DNA of 64,000 bases. It comes from the human T2T-CHM13v2.0 reference genome, Homo sapiens. The stretch is from NCBI RefSeq assembly GCF_009914755.1, contig NC_060926.1; one strand, 5' to 3'. The notes beneath the pieces are model-generated. The model was not told the DNA's origin, searched no databases, and saw only the letters and a program-made list of their open reading frames with translations. The position numbers were made by a program, and so were the translations under genes. Of the stretch, positions 41,166 to 52,760 are shown piece by piece (position 1 is the stretch's first letter; every line of letters starts with the position of its first letter).

Positions 41166-42589
41166 GGCAGGGTGACCTTTGCTTGTCTTTCCTCCTCCCC
41201 AGGTGAGATACATTGTCACGTAGGCAGTCATTTCAGGATTGCAGGAAGCTAATGATTTTTCCCCACAATGTTGCTGGCTTCCAACCAGAGAATGTTGCCC
41301 TTGAGATTTGACAATGACTGTTGCCTCCTTGGCAGCGATTCTGAATCAAGGGCAGGAGTCAGCCTTGCTGGGAAGTTGTTCAGTTGATTCAAAGGGCTTG
41401 GGACATGTCTCTGAGACTGTAGGTGGCAATTCCTGCAAGTTGCTTCATTCCGTTGTGTCTTTCCCTTGGGTGGAGCCTCCTCTTGCCCTCTGAGTGGGGC
41501 CAGAGGCCCAGTTCCATCCCCCTGTAGGCATCAGAAAAGGGCTGCTTCCTGTGTTCAGTTTAGAGCTCTTTAAAGCCCCTGCTGACAGATCCTATTCAAG
41601 CTAAAATGAGTGGCTGGGGGCAACTCATACATAATTTCCTTCTATGTAGTGACTTCCTGCACCATGGGGTCTGCATGATTTCTGTTCATTTAATGAAAGG
41701 TTATATTGGCAAATTGTTATCCTTGGGAGTGTGGGTGTGCAGGGAGTGCTTTTGGAATACATTACAGGGTAATTCCCTTTGCCCTTTATTGCCTCTGCAG
41801 GCCATGTGTAATTGAATCGCAAATAACACACTTTAGAAACAGGCAGAGAGACTGAGGCCTGAGCGTCCTTTGGCTTTAATGAGACAGTGAGCGTGTGTGT
41901 GTAAACGACCCTCTGGTTATGCGGGCCAGGTGGAAGAGGTAGTCGTATAACTAATGGGAGTGATTTTTCTCCACCTGCCCCAGACAGTGCAATCAGCAGC
42001 CTTCACTCCCGCAGGGAGGGTCTCAATCCAGTGGCTGGCTCTGCCTTTGAAACATCCAGAGGGCCCATTACTGTTAATAGGAGCCTCTCCCGAGCACCTG
42101 CTAGAGACTACCTCACTTACATGCTGGCTGGTGGGGTTGAGGTGGCCCCATGCAACTTTCCCGTTCTCATCTCCCTCCCCAGAGGAGGCTGCTGTGCCCG
42201 AAGTTCTGTGCATGAGGAAAACACCAACAGGTGGAAACTGTTACGGCAAAGTTGCCCACTCTCAGAGGAGTTGGCAAAAGTCTGTGAAGTTCCGAGAATG
42301 CAAGGTCTTTAAGTGTGGGGAGGTGAAAGGGTGGGATGCAGCAGGGGATTAAAGGCAAGCAGTGATTACATGAGACGGTGTGATGTCTTAGGACACTCAG
42401 CACTGACCCCCAACTGGGCAAGAGCTGTGATCACAGGTGGATATGGCCACCTCTAGTCTAAGAAGTGTTTGTCCCTGAATTTGAGGGACTGGGTGTTAAT
42501 ACCTTTGTGCCCCATAACATCCTTCCAGTTAGTGGTGGCACCAGCATTTCTGCAGAGCAGAGGTGTGAGACTGCCATTTGTGAGGGATG

Positions 42590-43150
42590 GGAGTGCTATG
42601 GAGGGAGGAGATGAAGGTAGACAGGTGTTCATTTTCAGTAGGGTAGTTAGGGTGGGCCTCGATGAGGTGACATTGCAACAAGTCTTGAGGAGGTGAGGCA
42701 GTTAGTGATGAAGACGTCTGGGGAAAGACTGTTCCAGGCTGAGGGACCATGGTGGTGTTGGCACTTCCTAAAGCAGCTGTAGGCCTGGGTGATCCAGGAC
42801 TACAAAATGAACGGGGCAAGTAGGGTGCCGAGAGGTGGGGTTGGAGATGGATTATAAAGTGCTCTGTTGGCCGCTGTAAGGATGCTGGCTTCTATTCTGA
42901 GTAAAGGGTGAGCCATTGTGGTTGTTGAGCTGTGGAGTGATATGAAACAGAAATGAAAATAGACGATCCAGTAAAATGAGGAAAATGTATAGATCCAGTT
43001 GTACAAAGGAAGCATTTGTTGGGGGGCAGGGAGAGGGGCTGTCTATCCCAGCCTGGGCAGGGGAGACAGGGAGGGCACGGAAAGGCTTCCTGGGTGGGCG
43101 GGGGAGGGTGTCAGCTGCATTTGTCCAGGGTCTTAAATGATGGGCCAGCC
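42590..43150 (-). mobile_element. L2 fragment(s)
   Basis: gggtagttagggtgggcctc..gaggtgacatt..tggcttctattctgagtaaagggtgagccattg. Confidence 0.7.
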
Positions 43151-43339
43151 TGTGACCTCCCAACCCCCACCTGACACTGTTTCTGTAACCAAGGCAGCAA
43201 GGGACTAGTTTCTCTCCTGTGGATTCTTGGGCAATTTGTGTGGTCCTGTTTGCAACCTCTGTGTGTGGGAATCAATCTATGCCTCATCCTTTGGGCATAA
43301 CCTTTGCTTGGAATCCACTTTCTATCCACTGACCCTTGG

Positions 43340-43816
43340 CAAATCAGTACCCATGTGGATATCTTGCCTAGCAGGATTTCCTTACATGCTAATGTGTTAC
43401 TGAGCACTGCAATCCCAGGGCAGTGGGAGTGTGGGGCAAAGAAAGTGAGGCCAGGGAAGTAGGCAAAGTAGAAGCAAGGGGGTCTGTTGCAAGCTAGCCA
43501 CAGCCTCACAAGAAAATATAGCCAGTTTTCTGGTCACATGAGATGTGACCAGGAAATGAGATGAGAATAGTCCATCCAGTTAGAGGAAGAGAGAAGAATT
43601 TATTTGTTGGCACCTGCCTGTCTCCTCATACTCATTGATAAAGCTCTAGTCCATGAGGATATAGACCTGTTCTACTGGCATGAGTGCCTAAAGTGGCCAC
43701 ATGGTAGATAGAGCTTCAAGCTCAGTGGAAGCTTTACTGTATCCACTAGTCGGTGCAACCTCTCTAGGAACCTGGTAGAGTCAAAGTATGTGGGGTTAGG
43801 ATGCACAGCCTCCACA
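43340..43816 (-). mobile_element. LTR33-like ERVL LTR, candidate 3' LTR of the adjacent provirus
   Basis: gcaatcccagggcagtgggagtg..aagtgaggccagggaag..caagctagccacagc..aatttatt; boundaries approximate. Confidence 0.5.
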
Positions 43817-43829
43817 AATATTTCATAGG

Positions 43830-46800
43830 GGTGGTGGTTAGAATGACCTCTCCTACTTCCATCACTTGGTTCCTGGGTCAGTTTATTGTAGCTGTTGGGA
43901 ACACAGTGTCACATGTCAGCCACTGGTTTATCACCTACACCACATCTTGAAAGGTAGGGCCCAGCCCAGCAAGGAGTTTTTTTTTTTTTTTTTCTTCCCC
44001 ATAACTTGTTGCCTTAACTTCACTTTCAATAGGCTGCTATGCCATTCTGTCAGTCAGATTGACTCTGGGGATGGCAAAGATTAGTTAGCCCCAGGTCATT
44101 GTCGTACTTCCTTTGCAATAAAATGGGTCGCTTGGTGTGAGACAATGTTTTCGGTTAACTTTCAGTAGATCAGGCATTTTATAAGCCTTTGCTCAGGATT
44201 TCCAACAAAAGCTCTGCAAGCCAGGCAGAATACCCAAGTCCGCAATGTGTATCAACTTCAGCAGGGATAGACCAATGTTCTTTCCCATGTGGAAGGGGCT
44301 CAATATAATCCACCTGCCACCAGGTTGGTCTTCTCAAGGAATGGTGCCATATTGAGGACTCAACATCAGTCTGTGCTGTTGACAAATTGGGCATTCAGCA
44401 ATGATAACAGATAGATCAGCACTGGTGAGCAGGAGCCCATGATGTTTGGTCCATGCACAGCCTCCATTCCTGGGCAAGTAGTAGGGAGTGGAAGAGAGAT
44501 GCCAGCTGACATTCATTAACATCATCTTGTCTAACTTGGCTCCTGAGAACTTTATCTGGAGTAGATTCTCTGCCATGGAAATTCATGTGAGATACAAAGA
44601 TTTTCAAGCATTGTGAGCCCTTCTGTAGGTCCCTCCAGGCCTCCTTGCTGCTGGCCTTCCAGGTGTATTCCATCCAGCTCCTGACCTATCAGCAAATCCA
44701 CTTGCCACTCCCAGAAGTTGATATCTGCACCACAGGCCATGTTTCCCTGAATACAAAGTGGATGACTGAGTGTCTGCCAGAAGCTTTGCTTCCTGGGAGG
44801 CCACTCTTGAGTGGGGCTATAGTTCAGCCACAGTCCATCTTCAATGCCAACATTTCCTGCAACTCACCTGTGAACCAGGCCCAGGTCCATTCTCCTCCAT
44901 CCGTTGGTCATAGGGAATGGAAACCCACATATATGGAATGAAAAAAATGGTGTTGGTACTACAGAGGTAAGTGACATGGTAGTGACCTGACCATGAACTT
45001 ACTTTTTCACGCAACTTATACTCTGCATCTGCTTGAGTCTAGTACCAAATATACCACTTTAATCATATAATGGATTGTGACTACACGCACTTGGCCTTAT
45101 GACTTGGTGGATATAGTATTACTTAGCTTGTAATGGAGGTCATACAGTCTAGTGTTTCAAGGTCAAATGTTAGTTTCAGCTAGAACTCAGTAACACAAGG
45201 GAGCTATTTTTTCAAGTAGAGGACGTGGCCTTGATTAAGAACTCTCTAGGTCTGCCCTGAGAGTCTCATATTTGAGCTTGCCCAGCATCCTTATCCACCG
45301 TGAACCCCCCTGCACCACCAGATTTGCTGCAACATACAGGTCAAGTAGCTGGGCAGCTTGTGCCACTGCCTGAACCTGCTACAGAGTTCTCTGTTCCCCT
45401 GGTATCTTCCTGAATCACCGGGTAAATAAATTTGAGCAGTTTTCCAAAGTGTGGTAAACACTGCCTTAAAATTCAATGAATTTCAATGAGTGCTGTTCTT
45501 CTTTTGTAGTAGCAGGTGTTCTAGGAGCAAGGATTTCTCCTTTAGAGCAGTGTCCCAGCATGCTCCAAGTCACTGGAAGCTCTAAAAATGTCACTGATTT
45601 GGCAGGTCCTAAGTATTTGTGGCATTTATCTCCCACCTTCCACCATGTATGTGTTCTCTTAGTAAATTATCTAAGCCACTTCCTGCTCCCCCATGCAATT
45701 ATTATAACATCAAGATAATGGACCCATGTGATGTTCTGCAGAATGTCAAGGCAATCAAGTTCCTTGAGGACTAGATTATGACAAGAAAATTAACATAGCC
45801 CTAAAGCTATTATGTTGAAGGTGTACTGTAGTCCTTGCCATGGAAAGACTACAGTACTTTGATGCCATCACTAATGGATATTGAAAAAAAAAGCATTTAT
45901 CAACTCAGTAGCAATATATTCAGTACCAGAGTCCATGCTAATCTGCTTCAGGAAGTATGTTATTTTATCTAACTTATCAGTTAGCATTGCGACTACCACT
46001 TGGCTAATTGTACGGTAGCTTATGGCCATCTGCTATGCTCCATCTGGTTTCTGCAGAGGCCACAGATGAATTGAGAGACATGATGTAGACCACTATCTCT
46101 GCCTCTTTCAGATTTTTGGTTGTGGCACTAATCTCTTCAGTTGTTACAGGAATGCAGTATTGCATCCAATTTATCCAGGCAGAAAAGAGGGGTAGTTTCA
46201 GGGGGCTGCATTTAGCCTTTATTACCATAACGGCTCTTCCTCCACAGTCAGGGAAGAAACGTGAGGGTCTTGCTAGTTACTAAGTATCTCTATACCAACT
46301 ACACACTTAGTGACTGGGAAATAATCCAGTGTGGGTCAGTGGACAGGCACATGTGACTCAGGCTAAAGCACTACGACATGACATCAGTGTGTCCTCACTT
46401 CAGTCAGAGGAGCATGGTGAGTTTTTGAGGTCCTTTGGTATTAGTGTCAGACCCTCTATTTAACAGTTAATGAAATTTCTGGGTTTTCTCTTTTCTCAAA
46501 GGCGAAGTTACCCAGCAAATGTTTTCTTTGGGGTGATAATTAGAGGCATATTTTCTGCATATCTCTGCACTGGTGTTACACAATTCTTCCTCAAGGAAAC
46601 CTAATCTTTTCTTCAGTCTGCTGTCTACTACCTCTCATGGCCTCTAGACCAATAACCAGTGCCAGGACTTAGCACAGCTTGAGTAGGGGTGCACAAGCCC
46701 TGTTCTAGGAAGTAATAGATGGTACCTGGAAGGGACTGTAGGACGTGGCTAATATATGCTTTGGATATGGAGCTTTGGGTCTGTGAGCTGACTTACGTCT

Positions 46801-48350
46801 GGAAACTGGGTGAGGGGACTGTGATTTTCTGCTGTGGAAACTGATGACAACCTTCAGCTCACCAGCTTGTGCATGCATGCGTGGAGTGTTTGTGTGTGTG
46901 TGTTTATTTTTGATTGTACAAATCAAGCAACACCCTAGTCAACTGCCCATCTATCTTGCCCCTTGAAACACCATCACCATAGATTTCTATTGATCGAGGC
47001 AGCCCAGTTGCTACTCCAGCCTTGCTGCACATTATGCTAACGATGTTAAGGGCTGCTTCCTGGCCTTTGCCATTTTGGGAACCCATTATTGCCTTTAGAT
47101 TAAGGATCTCGGTTCCATGGCAGCATATTCATGGCAATTCCTGCCTGCAGTGGACAGCCGCCATAAAGAATCTCAATGATTCTTGTGCCCCCTTGATCAG
47201 TACATTTCTTATTGCCTTGTTGAAGGAAGTGCCCTTTGAGTCCTCTCAGAGAATTTATCATGTGATGGGGTCTCAGGTTTTACAGAGTAAATCCACTCTA
47301 ACAGTTCCATCCCTCTGTGCCTTCTGACCCCTTCTTCAGAACTATGCTGAGGAAGTTTCAATATCTTCACCCAATTTACTGTAGGCCATCATTCTGCTCA
47401 TGGTTCAAGGAGCCCTCCCAGTATGGTATCAGGACTGGTTCCAGGTATCCTTATCAGCTAATTGAATCCCAAGTCTCAGGTTAATGTTCTCATGTCAATC
47501 ACCATCCCCATCTGTCCCTTTCCTTTGCTGAGTAGTCTCTTCACCCTCAAGAGTCACTCCTGCATGCTTGTTCATGAACACTGCTAGTATGTGTTAGCAA
47601 AGTTCTACAGTTCATCTAGTATACAGTCTACTACTTCATAGAATAGGGCCTGTATATCACTGTGCATGCATGCTGGCACTGGCTATTGGTCTGGAGGTCA
47701 TGAGGGGTAGTTGGGGGCAGATCTTGGGAAGAATAAATACCATTCTGCCATGCACCTATTTCCAATAATATCAGTACGTGATCTTTCGACAAGTTGATTG
47801 AGGGAGGTGGGGGAACTGTTTTCCTCTGGCAATGGGGAGAAGCTTCTTTGGCTGGCCCAGAGGGTTCAAGATTCTCCAGCTTAACTACACGAATACCCCC
47901 ACACCAGGTTTCGTAGTCCCACCCTTACTCGTTAGGGCTCTGATTGTGACATACGAGACAGGTCGAGGCTGCACATTTGACCTACTTTGAAAATTTACCA
48001 CATGGAAAAGTCATGATCTGGGTCTGATTTTCAGTGCAGTTGGCCCTGAAGCTGCAGGAGACAAGAGTCTCTTTTTCTATGGATACAGAATCTTTGCACT
48101 TTTAGAATATGCCTGAAGCCAGCAATTAGCTGGCTTGGTTTCATTTTCTTTTTGCAAGACCTCAAATGCTTTCACAAATAGCCATTTCACACTCCCATCC
48201 TCATAGTTGTCATTATCTTCTGCCAATCAAATGATGCAGCCATTTGACCTTCCAGTGTCTTGCACTTTACCTGCACCTCATCTCAATCAACTGCAGGTGA
48301 AAGCTTGACTAATTGTGATGTCACCACATGCCACTTAGCAGCAGCAGAGG
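43830..48350 (-). mobile_element. Decayed ERVL-class internal region (gag-pro-pol)
   Basis: Integrase AECPICQQ and WWQVDYIEPLP; RNase H IFVSHMNFH; RT VHYLD near 45706-25; KCSPLKLP..YCIP..EISATTKNLKEAEIV; gag GKIDGQLTRVLLDLYNQK; all frames broken. Confidence 0.88.
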
Positions 48351-48578
48351 GATTCTTTTTTTTTTTCTCTTTTTAGACAAATGAGTATCAAGAACTGTGA
48401 AGAGTCTGAGATTACACTCTAGTTTCAAGCCAACACCTTACCTTTCCACATTCATGGATACTGAAGGAAGACAAAGTCCTTTAACTCGGGCCTAGTAGTG
48501 TCATGTCATTTATAAAAGACCAAAGGTGAATTGTATCCCAACAGTCAGTATTCCAACTCCAAAATCTTATACCGAGGA

Positions 48579-49330
48579 TGTCCTGGTTCCAAAGTTTCTG
48601 GTTCGAAGTCCCTAGAAAACAAAACCTGAGGCAAAATGTATTTCTTCATGTATATTGAAAGATATATTCCCAGGCTGGGCACGGTGGCTCACGCCTGTAA
48701 TCCTAGCACTTTGGGAGGCCGAGGTGGGTGGATTACTTGAGGTCAGGAGTTCAAGACCAGCCTGGGCAACATGGTGAAACCCTGTCTCCACTAAAAATAC
48801 AAAAATTAGCTGGGCATGGTGGTGGGTGCCTGTAATCCCAGCTACTCAGGAGGCTGAGGCAGGAGAATCACTTGAACCCGGGAGGTGGAGGTTTCAGTGA
48901 GCCGAGATCATGCCACTGCACTCCAGCCTGGGTAACAGAGCAAGACTCCATCTCAAAAAAAAAAAAAAAAAAAAAAAAAGATAGATATGTAAAGATATGT
49001 TCCCAGGGCACTGATAACATGGCGGGAAAAGGAAGTGAGGTAGGGATGGAGGAAAAGCATATGATGCTTTATCAAGCTGGCCACAGTATCACAGACAAAG
49101 ACAAATGTAAAGGAGTCCATTTCTCGGCTCTGTAGGACAGGCTGTTATTCCTTAGAACAGTCATTCGTGGGAAGGAAGGGAAAGGTTGGCTCTGCCAATT
49201 CCTTCCCACAGAGGCACTCCTCTGTGTAGACACTCCATCCTACCCTTCCCAGTTGTTGCTGATGGCCTCTCCAGGCAGCCTCTGGGGAAGTGAGATTCAA
49301 GGCCCCACAGTATTTGCCTCTGGCTGTGGT
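48579..49330 (-). mobile_element. LTR33-like ERVL LTR interrupted by an Alu, candidate 5' LTR
   Basis: ccctagaaaacaaaacctgaggcaaa..tcccagggca..ggaagtgaggtaggga..caagctggccacag resembles the 43340-43816 copy. Confidence 0.5.
48673..48979 (+). mobile_element. AluS (Sx/Sz-like)
   Basis: Full dimer with gaggtcaggagttcaagacc and a long pure A tail; TSD aaagatatattccca (48658-72) / aaagatatgttccca (48991-49005). Confidence 0.97.
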
Positions 49331-49685
49331 GGGCTATGGTCCCCCTCTGCCTGCTCTTCTGCCTCTGACACTAACCATCCATGATTCTCGAGATGCTATC
49401 CCATCTGTTTTTACATGGACCCAGTGGGAATAATAATTGCTGCAGTGATTATTTTAAAAGAATGTTGTAAGAGAGTAAACATTTTGAAAAATTGTATGTG
49501 CTGTAGAAAAACTAGTTGCTATTTATCAGATTTCTCAAACTTGAGTCAGAAGAGGAAGAGGAGGCGCCTGAACAGGACTTTGAAGGACGAGTAGAAGATA
49601 CATAGATGAGGACACAAGGAAGGGCTTCTCAGGTGGAGCATTCAGAGGCGTGGAGGACAGGGGTGGGAGACAGCATACAACAGGG

Positions 49686-49890
49686 CCAGCCTGAGCAACA
49701 TAGTGATATCCCATCTCTACAAAAGAGGAAATATCAGCTGGGCATGGTAGCGCATGCCTGTGGTCCCAGCTACTCGGGAGGCTGAGGTGAGAGGCTCACG
49801 TGAGTCCATGAGGTCGAGGCTGCAGTGAGCTGTGAATGTGCCAATGCACTCCAGCCTGGGCCACAGAGCAAGACCTTGTCTAAAAAAAAA
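49686..49890 (+). mobile_element. 5'-truncated AluJ
   Basis: ccagcctgagcaacatagtga..gaggtcgaggctgcagtgagc..cactccagcctggg..A tail. Confidence 0.9.
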
Positions 49891-49914
49891 GAGCCAAGGC
49901 TCTGTCTCAATCAA

Positions 49915-50078
49915 AGAGCCAAATCCAGCCCGCCAACTCATTTTGTAATAAGTTATTGAAACATGGCCACATCCATTCACTTATGTGTCATTGTGGGCTG
50001 TTTTTCTGTAGTTTCAACAGAGACCATATGGCCTTTAAAACCTAAATTATTTACTCTGTGGCATGTTACAGACCCCTG
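49915..50078 (+). mobile_element. MER58A-like MITE
   Basis: gccaaatccagccc..ttattgaaacatggccac..acagagaccatatggcc..aaacctaaattatttact..gacccctg. Confidence 0.8.
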
Positions 50079-51459
50079 ATGCAAAAGGAAATATTAAGTA
50101 TATTACAAAGTTGGTAATTAATGAATATAAATTGCCTTTCTCTTTTCATCTTCCTCCTTTGTCTCACAAAGAATTGATCACATAATGGCTACATAGTAAA
50201 CACTGATTAGTGAACTTAGTCTTTGGAAATATATTTAATACCATTGCTTACTAAACAGAGTTAATCCTAGAAATTTACTAATTTAAAATCAATACCATAA
50301 CCTACAAAGAATTTGAGGCATTTTATTCTATCCCCTTTACATGAATCATATTAATAATTGAGACACTGTCCCACACATAATCACCAACTATTTGAAATCT
50401 GGCTGTTCTAGAAAATCTGGAATTAATTGGGACTTGGCATTACAATGACTCTTTAAAAACCACAAACTGCTGAACACTGACTGCGTTTCCACAGGCAGCA
50501 AAGAAAAAGTCTGAAACATTTTCTAGATTCCTTGAGGGGAGGAGTTATGTCTTATGTGACTTGGCATAGAAGGGATTAATAAAGAATTGCTGAATAAATA
50601 AAGTGTCCAGAATAGTGCCGGGCACAGGATAGGTTCTTGGTAAATGTTTGTTGAATTATCTGGCAAAATAATCCATTGATTCAAATGAATGAGAATTTTC
50701 AGGCCACAGAACACAGATCATTGTTAGACCCAAGCTAATGATCTCCATAGGTTGCACACAAGTAATTTAAAATCTACATCTAATTTATTTGTCAGAATGT
50801 TGTATAACCATTGGTTGGCCCCAGATACTGGATGAGCTTCCCAATCAATACTACGTAACAAGAAAAGCTACCTGTCAAAGACAGAAAGCTCAGTCAGGAG
50901 GGACCTCATGGCTGTGCTGCTTTAAGGCTAATTAACTGGTGTCTGACATCTTCCAGTAAATCTAAATTAAATGTATTCTTGTGAATTCTAATTTCAAGTG
51001 AGTTTAATTGAACTTGGGAGGGAAGCTACCACTTAGTGAGTAAAATGAAAATGAAGTAATTGAATATTTTTCCAGAATTGTATTTGAAATGTGCTCCATC
51101 AAATGTTGTTTCAGAACCCAAGTGACCAGCTGCACATGGTTAATATTTGGAAAGGGAAGAGGAGTATTTAAATGTCAGCTTGTAGCCACTAGAAGGGTAA
51201 ATACAATAGCCGGCTGTTCAGTTACTAGATGTGAGCTCTACTTGGCATTCAAAGCTTTTTTTTTTTCAAGTTGGAAGTTCAATAATGTGTTCAAGGGAAT
51301 TAAGATGAGTTTGGACGACTAAAGCACAAAAACCAAAACCTTCTTTCCCCACTTCTCCCCCTTCCCAGCACACAAAAAGGACAGCAGTGCTGCTGATTTA
51401 AAATTGCAGGCATTTTGATGGGCTTAATCAACTGATTACACATTAAAGTGTTGAACCCT

Positions 51460-51929
51460 TTATTTAATGACTATTTATTAAAGGCCCGTGGTATTCCAGG
51501 CACTGCGGAGGATAGACGATTGAACAGGACTTAGTCTATGGCCTTAAGGAACTTTTTGTTCCGTAGTGAGATGAGACCTGCGAATTAAGTGGTATAGAAG
51601 AGGAAAATGTGACGCATATGGTAAGAGCAAGCACCAAGTGCTGAAAGAAGGTAGACTTCTGGCTGTGAAAACAAAGCACTCCTCTCAGGGGAGGTGGTAT
51701 TTGAGCTGTAAATATTTGCAGAAGGAAAAGAAAGCATGGGACCTACTTGGAGGATGATGAAGCATTTAATTGGGCTGGTATGGAGGATTTGTGGAATGAG
51801 ACAGTACGAAATAAAATAGCTGGTGTGGTTATAAAGATCCTTAAGTGGGTCTGTACTTTATTCAGTACACGGCCTCTCAGCAGGGAAGGGGTTTGATCAG
51901 AAACAGGAAAGAAGAATCTAGATGTAATG
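51460..51929 (-). mobile_element. L2 fragment; continues at ~52765-53090 after the L1MB insertion
   Basis: tatttattaaaggcc..ccaggcactg..ggccttaaggaactt..ggaggtggtatttgagctg. Confidence 0.7.
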
Positions 51930-52760
51930 CTCACTATCAGAAAAATTCAAATCCAAACCACAATGTGATACCACCTCATACCTGTTAGGATGGCTACTAT
52001 CAAAAAACCAGAAAATAGCAAGTGTTGGAGAGCATATGGAGAAATTGGAACCCTTGGGCACTGTTGGCAGGAATGTAAAATGGTACAGCCACTGTGGAAA
52101 ACAGTATGGAGATTCTTCTCAAAATTAAAAATAAAATTACTGTATTATCTAGCAATCCCACTTCTGGATATATATCCAAAAAAGTTGAAATCCAGGTCTC
52201 AAAGAAATATTTGTAGACCCACATTCATAGCAGCACCGTTTGCCATAGCCAAGAGAACCCTTGGGCACTGTTGGCAGGAATGTAAAATGGTACAGCCACT
52301 GTGGAAAACACCGTTTGCCATAGCCAAGAGATGGAAGCAACCCAAATGTCCATCAACAGATGGTATATACGTGTAGTGGAATATTATTCAGTCTTAAAAT
52401 GGAAGGAAATACCATCAGATACTATAATGTGGATGAACCTTAAAGGCATTATGCTAAGTGAAATAAGTCAATCACGAAAAGATAAATACTATATGATTTG
52501 ACTTATATGAGGTATCTAAAGTTGAAAAATTCATAGAAACAGAAAGTAGGATGGTGGTTGCCAGGGACTAGGAGGAGGAGGAAATGGCAAATTGTTGTTC
52601 AGTGGGTAAAGAGTTTCAGATTTGCAAGAAGAAAAATTTCTGGAGCTCTGTTTCACAACAGTGTGAATGTACATAACACTACTGAATTGTAAACTTAAAA
52701 ATGGTTAAGATGGTAAATTTTTTATTATGTGGGCTTTCAAAACCATAATAATAATAAAAA
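51930..52760 (+). mobile_element. L1MB-like 3' fragment (end of ORF2 plus 3' UTR)
   Basis: [36 protein letters not shown]; 3' UTR cataacactactgaattgtaaacttaaaaatggttaagatggtaaatttt. Confidence 0.92.

Noticed and set aside
41178-41225. Strong-looking splice acceptor ctttcctcctccccag
   Set aside because: No convincing coding exon follows; isolated splice-like motifs are common
41917-42421. Overlapping ORFs of 84-132 aa on both strands
   Set aside because: No domain similarity; expected in locally GC-richer sequence
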